From positions 1 through 39,476 of the forward strand of contig JAPXNX010000001.1 of assembly GCA_033811795.1 (NCBI GenBank): 39,476 nt of DNA. The letters are read 5' to 3'. This document shows positions 10,388 to 16,520 of this stretch, in pieces. The DNA is from Methanolinea sp. (GTDB lineage Archaea > Halobacteriota > Methanomicrobia > Methanomicrobiales > Methanospirillaceae). The notes beneath the pieces are model-generated. The model was not told the DNA's origin. It was given only the letters and a program-made list of their open reading frames with translations, and made no database searches. The stretch's first letter is position 1. Each line of letters opens with the position of its first letter. Both the position numbers and the translations under genes were made by a program.

Positions 10388-10732
10388 TCACTCCTGCATG
10401 ACCTCGTCAAGCTGCGCCTTTCCATACACGTAGGCAGGCATGCCTGCGAGGAGGAATGCCACGCGAAGCGCCTCTTCGACCTCTTTCTTGGAGATGCCCA
10501 GGCTCTTTGCACCTGCAAGCTGCGCCCTTGTCGCGTGCTGGTCACGGAGGGACGCCGCAATAGCAATTGCAATCAATTTCTTGGTCTTGCGGGTGAGCGC
10601 CCCGTCGTCCCAGACGTGACCCTCGAGTTTCATCACCATCTCGTGCATCTGGGGATCCTTTTCGGCGAGTTCCTTGAAGAACTTCGGCACCTTGCCGATC
10701 ATCCGCTCCAGGTCTTTTGTGTCCTTTGCCAT
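10388..10732 (-). CDS. carboxymuconolactone decarboxylase / AhpD-like family protein (cysteine-free)
   Basis: 114 aa with the helical CMD-family pattern TRKTKKLIAIAIAASLRDQHATRAQLAGAKSLGISKKEVEEALRVA. There is no Cys anywhere in the protein. Confidence 0.7.
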   Translation of the reverse strand: MAKDTKDLERMIGKVPKFFKELAEKDPQMHEMVMKLEGHVWDDGALTRKTKKLIAIAIAASLRDQHATRAQLAGAKSLGISKKEVEEALRVAFLLAGMPAYVYGKAQLDEVMQE

Positions 10733-10739
10733 ACGACGA

Positions 10740-10865
10740 TCACTTCACGAGTTTCATGGGCTGCCCGCAGCAGACGAGTTCTCCGCCGCCGACTTCTTTG
10801 ACCACAACGACATTCCCGCAGATCTCGCACTCGAAGACCTGCCCTTCCCTTGATACGTTGACCAT
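10740..10865 (-). CDS. desulforedoxin (stand-alone FeS4 protein, 41 aa)
   Basis: Hand translation of the minus strand gives [41 protein letters not shown]. It has the C-x2-C ... CC pattern and closely resembles my recollection of Desulfovibrio gigas desulforedoxin. It ends 7 nt before the CMD-family start. It is absent from the track because it is below the 60-aa cutoff. Confidence 0.85.
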   Translation of the reverse strand: MVNVSREGQVFECEICGNVVVVKEVGGGELVCCGQPMKLVK

Positions 10866-11008
10866 TCCTTTTCACACCTTCCCTTCGCAACTTTCTATCA
10901 TTCCATTGAGTTCAGGCCATACGGCTAGACTAGTTCGTCTTCTTTTCCCGTGGCGCCTGTTCATCCTGCGTTGCACTGCATAGTGCCTAATCTGGAGAAA
11001 AATGGATA

Positions 11009-11245
11009 TTACAGGTTACTCTTGCCGCGTTTGGGCGGGTTCATCACATCCTCCGGGGTCTTGATGTCCGGACGGATATGCGTCATCGGGAAACACTGGT
11101 ACTCTTCACAAGAACACTGTGGACACTTGCGGAGGTCCTGTTCCGCTTTGTCCAGGACGAATTCACGTCCGCAGTCCAGGCAGACATACTTGCCGGGCCC
11201 GACTTTCTGCCCTGCTTTTGCCTTCTCGGTCAGATCCATCACCAC
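11009..11245 (-). CDS. small Cys-rich zinc-ribbon / rubredoxin-like protein (hypothetical)
   Basis: 78 aa, with YVCLDCG ... KCPQCSCEEYQC (two CxxC knuckles plus extra Cys). An oligo-T follows on the coding strand after the stop. No family was recognised with certainty. Confidence 0.55.
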   Translation of the reverse strand: MVMDLTEKAKAGQKVGPGKYVCLDCGREFVLDKAEQDLRKCPQCSCEEYQCFPMTHIRPDIKTPEDVMNPPKRGKSNL

Positions 11246-11399
11246 TTGCTAAATGGTAGGAGAGGTTATTTATTGGTTTTGTTCTTCCCACTCAGCACGA
11301 GAAAAGGCATTTTTCCGCATTCTTTTCTTGCTATAAATGTCCAGAACCGTATTTCTGCAGGACCACTGCAGTTATGTGGATCCGGGTAGACATCACTCC

Positions 11400-12002
11400 A
11401 TGGGATTCCATGTTATCGGGCTTCTCGGGAGCCCCCTTGCCGGGGGAAACACGGCAAAGCTCCTTGACCAGGCTCTCTCGGGAGCACGGGACGCAGGCTG
11501 CGATGTCGAGCGGATCGATGTCACTGCATTGACGTTGCATTCCTGCAGGGAGATATTCTACTGTCGTGAACACGAGACCTGCGCCATGAAGGACGATATG
11601 ATCCCTATTTACCGGAAATTTTCGGAACTTGACAGCCTCGTCGTGGCGACTCCAGTGATGACCATGGGGATACCAGGGGCACTAAAGTCGTTCATCGATC
11701 GGTTCCAGGTCTTTTTCATGGCAAAGTTCATGAGAGGCAGACCCCTCGTCACGGAGGAGAAGAAGGCCCATCGCCGCGGCCTCTACATCGGCATCGCCGG
11801 GATGAACGTTCCGTACGTCTTCGATGGCGCGAAACTCACGATGAAATCTTTCTTCACCATCATAGACGTCGATTACTGGGACGAGCTCCTGATCCGTGAC
11901 ATGGATACCATCCGGGACATCACCACCCGCCCCGACGTCATGGAAGCGGCCTATCGAAAGGGCTATCGCCTCGGAGAACTCCTCTTCGAAGAAAAATCCT
12001 GA
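11400..12002 (+). CDS. Isf-like flavoprotein, copy 3, with a degenerate Cys motif
   Basis: Start chosen at MGFHVIGLLGSPLAGGNTAK, the family-typical N-terminus. The track start at 11337 overlaps a TATA-like GCTATAAATG. The Cys region is HSCREIFYCREHETC (C-x5-C-x5-C, three Cys only). Confidence 0.75.
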   Translation: MGFHVIGLLGSPLAGGNTAKLLDQALSGARDAGCDVERIDVTALTLHSCREIFYCREHETCAMKDDMIPIYRKFSELDSLVVATPVMTMGIPGALKSFIDRFQVFFMAKFMRGRPLVTEEKKAHRRGLYIGIAGMNVPYVFDGAKLTMKSFFTIIDVDYWDELLIRDMDTIRDITTRPDVMEAAYRKGYRLGELLFEEKS

Positions 12003-12003
12003 T

Positions 12004-12672
12004 TCAGAGGGCCCCCCTCTCCCGAAGACTGGTATAACCCGAACGGGCGACTATTACGTGGTCGAGAAGCCGGATCCCCAGGATCTCGCCAGCTTCCTGC
12101 AACTGCTTTGTGATTGCCAGGTCCTGCTGGCTCGGCTCGAGAGACCCCGATGGGTGGTTGTGGACACAGATGATTGCAGCGGCACGATCCGCGATTGCAT
12201 CGGCGAAGACCTCGCGGGGGTGGACGAGGCTGTGGTTGAGCAGGCCGACGGTAATCGTCCTCTTCTCGATCACCTCGTTCGCCCCGTTGAGCGTGATGCA
12301 GATGAAGTGTTCCTGGCTCTTCCCGTTCAGGTCTGAAACGAGGGGGAGGATGTCGGCAGGGTGCTGGACGTGCGTCCTCGCCTCTTCGTCGTTCCGGATG
12401 TACCGCCGTGCCAGTTCGAGGGAGGCGAGGATCTGCGATGCCTTGCTCTGCCCGATGCCCTGGAGGCCGACCAGGTCGTCGTAGGTTATATCCCCCGCCC
12501 TCCTGGAAAAGAGACCTGCGATATCCTTTGCAAGGGAGAATACGTCCCGGTCCGGAGTCCCATGGCCGATAATTGCTGCAATAAGTTCGTGGTCCGAGAG
12601 GGCCCGGGCCCCTTTCCGTGCAATCTTTTCCCGAGGCCTGTCACAGGCAGCGAGATCCCTCATCCGCTTCAT
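12004..12672 (-). CDS. radC: RadC-family JAB-domain protein
   Basis: 222 aa. N-terminal HhH-like region ELIAAIIGHGTP, then the JAB/MPN motif HNHPSGSLEPSQQD. It is convergent with the Isf-like gene with a 1-nt gap. Confidence 0.85.
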   Translation of the reverse strand: MKRMRDLAACDRPREKIARKGARALSDHELIAAIIGHGTPDRDVFSLAKDIAGLFSRRAGDITYDDLVGLQGIGQSKASQILASLELARRYIRNDEEARTHVQHPADILPLVSDLNGKSQEHFICITLNGANEVIEKRTITVGLLNHSLVHPREVFADAIADRAAAIICVHNHPSGSLEPSQQDLAITKQLQEAGEILGIRLLDHVIVARSGYTSLRERGAL

Positions 12673-12748
12673 GCGATCGCAGGGAGAACGGTTGCAGTCT
12701 GAAGAGAAAAAGACGGGTGATCCGTTTCCTGATCGAAAGGGGTTTGTT

Positions 12749-12781
12749 CAGGAAGGATATGTATTTACCTCCCCCTTCCTG
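12749..12781. promoter_or_regulatory. 8-bp inverted repeat CAGGAAGG / CCTTCCTG bracketing a TATA-like element just upstream of rubrerythrin
   Basis: The arms are 12749-12756 and 12774-12781. The 17-bp spacer ATATGTATTTACCTCCC is AT-rich. The rubrerythrin ATG is at 12786. Confidence 0.3.
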
Positions 12782-12785
12782 ATAT

Positions 12786-13292
12786 ATGACCATGGCGACA
12801 CTGGAAAATGCAATGGAGGCTTTTGCAGGTGAATCCCAGGCAAACCGCAGGTATGCCGCATTTGCCGAGCAGGCCGAGTCAGAAGGGTATAAAAACATCG
12901 CACGCCTCTTCCGGGCAGCATCCGAGGCCGAATCTATCCACGCAAAGAAGCTCCTCAAGGTGACGGGGAAGGTCCATTCCACGAAGGAGAACCTTGCCGA
13001 GGCAGTCTCCGGGGAGACTCACGAGTATACGGAGATGTATCCCGCGTTCTTCAAGGAGGCCGAGGCCGAGAAGAAGAGCGATGTCGCTCTCGTTTTCACA
13101 TATGCCATGAAGGCAGAAGAGGTACACGCAACCCTCTACAAGGAAGCCCTCAACAACCTGAACAAGGGTCAGGACATGTCCAACCGGACGGTGTACCTCT
13201 GCCCCGTGTGCGGGAATGTCTTCCTCGGAAACGCGCCTGACAAGTGCCCGATCTGCATGGCGGTCAGGAAGGTCTTCAGAGTCATCGATTAG
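12786..13292 (+). CDS. rbr: rubrerythrin
   Basis: 168 aa. The N-terminal four-helix di-iron domain has ExxH repeats (ESQANRRY, EAESIHAKK, SGETHEYTEMY, KAEEVHATLY). The C-terminal rubredoxin knuckles are CPVCG ... CPIC. Confidence 0.93.
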   Translation: MTMATLENAMEAFAGESQANRRYAAFAEQAESEGYKNIARLFRAASEAESIHAKKLLKVTGKVHSTKENLAEAVSGETHEYTEMYPAFFKEAEAEKKSDVALVFTYAMKAEEVHATLYKEALNNLNKGQDMSNRTVYLCPVCGNVFLGNAPDKCPICMAVRKVFRVID

Positions 13293-13303
13293 GAAATTTC
13301 TCC

Positions 13304-13310
13304 TTTTTTT
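13304..13310 (+). terminator. oligo-T tract after rubrerythrin
   Basis: T7, 12 nt after the stop codon (13290-13292). Confidence 0.55.
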
Positions 13311-13419
13311 ACGGTTCGGTTTACTCCCCGTATTACGAGGAGCACTCCGGGGAATAAGGCACAGTTAGGGGATGCTTGACTGGCATCTTTATTAGGCATT
13401 CCCGTCAAACACCCCAACC

Positions 13420-14571
13420 ATGCCGAGGGTCACCGTCTACTACACCCAGAACTGTCCCTACTGCCGCATGGTAAAGGCCTACCTGGACCGGCGCGGTGTC
13501 GAATATATGGCAATCGACGTGGGTACCGACCATGAACAGGCAAGGAAGATGGTTGAACTGTCAGGCCAGTACGGCGTCCCGGTCATAACCGTCGACGACG
13601 AGGTTATTATCGGCTTTGATGCAGAGAGGCTGAACGAGCTCTTCGGGGGAGGAGCAGGGGAGGGGACTTACGATGTCCTCATCATCGGTGCCGGACCCGC
13701 GGGGCTTACCGCTGCCGTGTACTGTTCGCGCAAGATGCTGAAAACCGCCATTGTCTCTGAGAATATCGGGGGGCAGGCACTCGAGAGCTGGGCCATCGAG
13801 AACTACATGGGGTACCGTGTGGTCTCGGGGCCAGACCTCATGCAGAAGTTTGAGGAGCAGGCAAGGAGCATGGAGAACATCCACCTCGACCTGGACCGCG
13901 TGCAGTCGCTCGGGCTGGAAGGGGAGGTTTTCGTTGCGCAGACTGCAACGGGAAAGACATACGTCGCGAGGTCCGTGATCCTCGCCCAGGGTAAGAGGCC
14001 CCGCAAGCTCGGTGTGGAGGGAGAGGAGCGGTACTTCGGGCGGGGACTCTCGGTCTGTGCCACATGTGACGGCCCCCTCTTCCGCGACAAGGTCGTTGCG
14101 GTCATCGGAGGCGGAAATTCGGCATTGCAGACAGCGATCGAGATGAGCAGGATCGCCCGCGAGGTCCATCTCGTCGTCCGGAGCAAGATCAAGGCAGACC
14201 CTGCCTACGTGAAACGGTACGAGGAGAGGAAAAATATCACAACGTATCTCGATCATACCGTCACGGCCCTCCACGGGAACGGGATGCTGACAGGGATCAC
14301 GATCCGGGACAGCAAGAGCGGGAAGGAGACGACAATTGCCGTTGACGGCGTCTTTGCAGAGGTAGGCTGGATCCCGAACACCGATTTCCTCGAAGGACTC
14401 GTACCTCTCAACGACCAAAAAGAGGTGATCATCGATATCAACTGCAACACCGGGGCACCGGGTATCTTTGCTGCCGGGGACGTGACGAGCATCCGGACAA
14501 AACAGGTCATCACTGCCGCAGGAGAGGGTGCAAAAGCCGCACTTTCAGCCTACGCGTACCTCTCCCGGTGA
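13420..14571 (+). CDS. glutaredoxin-like (CPYC) domain fused to a thioredoxin-reductase-like FAD oxidoreductase
   Basis: 383 aa. Residues 1-80 (VTVYYTQNCPYCRMVKAYLDRRGVEY...GVPVITVDDEVIIGF) form a Grx/NrdH-like fold. Then come DVLIIGAGPAGLTAA (FAD), the redox-active CATCDG, GGGNSALQTAIE (second dinucleotide site) and GIFAAGDV. A TATA-like CTTTATTAGG lies at 13387-13396. Confidence 0.85.
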   Translation: MPRVTVYYTQNCPYCRMVKAYLDRRGVEYMAIDVGTDHEQARKMVELSGQYGVPVITVDDEVIIGFDAERLNELFGGGAGEGTYDVLIIGAGPAGLTAAVYCSRKMLKTAIVSENIGGQALESWAIENYMGYRVVSGPDLMQKFEEQARSMENIHLDLDRVQSLGLEGEVFVAQTATGKTYVARSVILAQGKRPRKLGVEGEERYFGRGLSVCATCDGPLFRDKVVAVIGGGNSALQTAIEMSRIAREVHLVVRSKIKADPAYVKRYEERKNITTYLDHTVTALHGNGMLTGITIRDSKSGKETTIAVDGVFAEVGWIPNTDFLEGLVPLNDQKEVIIDINCNTGAPGIFAAGDVTSIRTKQVITAAGEGAKAALSAYAYLSR

Positions 14572-14582
14572 ATACTTCTTTC

Positions 14583-15803
14583 CTATTCCACTTTCCGGAA
14601 CAACACTATCCTGTTCGTATTCGTCCCGGAAGAGTTGTTATCCACGCCCCAGATATGGGACGTCTTGGTGAAGTGCTGGGTATTGACGAGTATCCCCTCG
14701 CAGGAGAAACCTGCACGCACGCCGAGCGGGACAACGACTTCGTCAAGGCGCAACGTCCCTTTCTTTACCTCTCCCACCTCGAATGCAACATGACCACCGT
14801 TCCGGGTGATGCGGAAGAGCTCCTGGAAAGTCTGCTGCATCACCCGTTTCCAGTCGGCAAGCGACCGGGTGACCGTCATCCGCTTCTCGATCGCTTCCGT
14901 GTCGATCCCGCAGAACCAGCACCGGAGCCAGTTGTCCTTCGAGTACTGGACAACGTCGAGGAAAGGCGGCGAGGTAACGGTGAGCTGCACGGAGCCGTCA
15001 GGGATTGCGGGGGTTTCGCGTGCGTCGCCCGAGAGGAAAAGCCCTGTCTCTCCTGCAGCACGGAGCCGTTTCCTTTCGTCCGGGGTAACGGTCCGCAGGA
15101 GAGACCGGGTCTTCTTCACAATGAGAGCCCTTGTATCCCTGTATTCCGGGACCAGCCCGCGTTCCCTGTTGATCTTTGCCTGGCGTTCCGGGGATACGGC
15201 CTGGTTGGGCGGGAGGGTGTATACAGAGAAGAAACCGGGAGAGTGTCCTGTGAGCCTGTTCATTGCAACCATCCTGATCCACTCGTCGATGGAGTCCAGT
15301 GACCCCTCTTCCTCCCGTTCGAGGAGGTAGTCCCGGAGAGAGAGGATCTCGGCCTCTGTCCTCTCGTGGTAGAACATGGAGAGGTCAGGGCCGGAACCTT
15401 CCCTGCTGTCGCCGTACGGGATCGTCACGAGGCGCGATGCGACCTCGCTTACCATGGGGGGGTCGAATCGCGGGCGGGTCATGACCCGGGAGAGTGGGTT
15501 GATGTCATTTGCAACAACGCGCCTCCCTTGCAGGCCCGCCTCGATCGCGGTTGTCCCCCGCCCGCTGAAGGGGTCGTAGACGAGATCACCCTCCCGCGAT
15601 AACCTCTCAATGAAGAATGCCGGGAGCTGGGGCTTGAAACACCCCCTGTACGAGACCTCGTGGAGCGAGGAGGCCTGCCTCTGCCTCGAGGTCCAGAATT
15701 CTCCGTGGATCCTGTCCACTACGGTCCCGTAGAGGTCCACGTGTTCAATGGATGTGGCATTCTCCCATGGAGTTCTTCCGGCCGGAGAGTCCAGCACGGT
15801 CAT
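14583..15803 (-). CDS. DNA methyltransferase, N4/N6 amino-MTase family, alpha-type motif order (SPPF catalytic motif)
   Basis: 406 aa. Motif X/I lies near the N-terminus (PQLPAFFIERLSREGDLVYDPFSGRGTTAIEA). A variable region of about 190 aa follows, then motif IV (LTVTSPPFLDVVQY). No nuclease-like ORF is adjacent. Confidence 0.8.
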   Translation of the reverse strand: MTVLDSPAGRTPWENATSIEHVDLYGTVVDRIHGEFWTSRQRQASSLHEVSYRGCFKPQLPAFFIERLSREGDLVYDPFSGRGTTAIEAGLQGRRVVANDINPLSRVMTRPRFDPPMVSEVASRLVTIPYGDSREGSGPDLSMFYHERTEAEILSLRDYLLEREEEGSLDSIDEWIRMVAMNRLTGHSPGFFSVYTLPPNQAVSPERQAKINRERGLVPEYRDTRALIVKKTRSLLRTVTPDERKRLRAAGETGLFLSGDARETPAIPDGSVQLTVTSPPFLDVVQYSKDNWLRCWFCGIDTEAIEKRMTVTRSLADWKRVMQQTFQELFRITRNGGHVAFEVGEVKKGTLRLDEVVVPLGVRAGFSCEGILVNTQHFTKTSHIWGVDNNSSGTNTNRIVLFRKVE

Positions 15804-15888
15804 TCCAGAGGGTATGGATCCTTCCAGGTCTTCAATATCACTAATCCCCCGGGATCGTCCCTTCAGCCATCCCTGTTATGTCATTCGA

Positions 15889-16458
15889 ATGACCATCCCT
15901 TATCCAATGAACGAGCAGGCCCGCAAGCTCGTGCACCTCGTGTTCGGGGTGGCGATTGCAGCAGTCATCCTCATCCTCCCCCGCGAAGAGGCCATCATGC
16001 TGTTTTCAGGATCGCTCCTGGTCGGGCTCGTCCTCACCGATCTCGTGAAGGCCGGCCACCGTGTCCCGCTCGTCACTTTCCTCGTGCTCCACCTGGAACG
16101 GGAAGGCGAGTTCCCCGGGAAGGGCGCCATCTGCTTCGTTGTCAGTTCACTCTTCTGCACTGTCTTTTTCCCTTCTTTAGTGGCAGCAACGGGTGTCCTC
16201 ACTCTCGCGGTCCTCGACTCGGCATCTGCACTCGTCGGGATGCATTATGGAAGGAAAAGGCTGAACGGGAAGAAGACTCTCGAGGGGTTTCTCGCGGGGG
16301 TGATCATAAACTCGCTTGTCCTTCTCCTTCTCCTCGACCCCGTCCGGGCATTCCTCGTCTCGCTCGTTGCAGGGACCGTGGAGCTTGCCATCCCCCTGGA
16401 CGACAACCTCCTCATTCCACCTGCTGCCTGCCTCTGCCTCTCCCTCCTCGGTGCGTAA
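15889..16458 (+). CDS. polytopic membrane protein of the CTP-dependent polyprenol (dolichol) kinase / cytidylyltransferase superfamily
   Basis: Hydrophobic protein with LDSASALVGMHYGRKRLNGKKTLEGFLAG, which resembles the conserved C-terminal motif of Sec59/CdsA-like enzymes. The start could be 15889 or 15907. The track start at 15748 overlaps the divergent MTase gene. Confidence 0.55.
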   Translation: MTIPYPMNEQARKLVHLVFGVAIAAVILILPREEAIMLFSGSLLVGLVLTDLVKAGHRVPLVTFLVLHLEREGEFPGKGAICFVVSSLFCTVFFPSLVAATGVLTLAVLDSASALVGMHYGRKRLNGKKTLEGFLAGVIINSLVLLLLLDPVRAFLVSLVAGTVELAIPLDDNLLIPPAACLCLSLLGA

Positions 16459-16520
16459 AGAAGCACTTTCCCCCTGCACCACCCAGGTTTATCTGGAATC
16501 CCCCGCAAGTACCAGTCAGG

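Noticed and set aside
10925-10933. CTAGACTAG odd palindrome upstream of the desulforedoxin operon
   Set aside because: At 9 bp it is too short to separate from chance without genome-wide motif statistics. It is kept only as a candidate to include in a motif search of the redox-island promoters.
15660-16520. N-terminal 287 codons of the 682-aa ORF
   Set aside because: This stretch overlaps the MTase 5' end and the whole polyprenol-kinase-like gene in another frame. It is Pro/Arg/Ser-rich low-complexity sequence. Family similarity begins only after the ATG at 16521.
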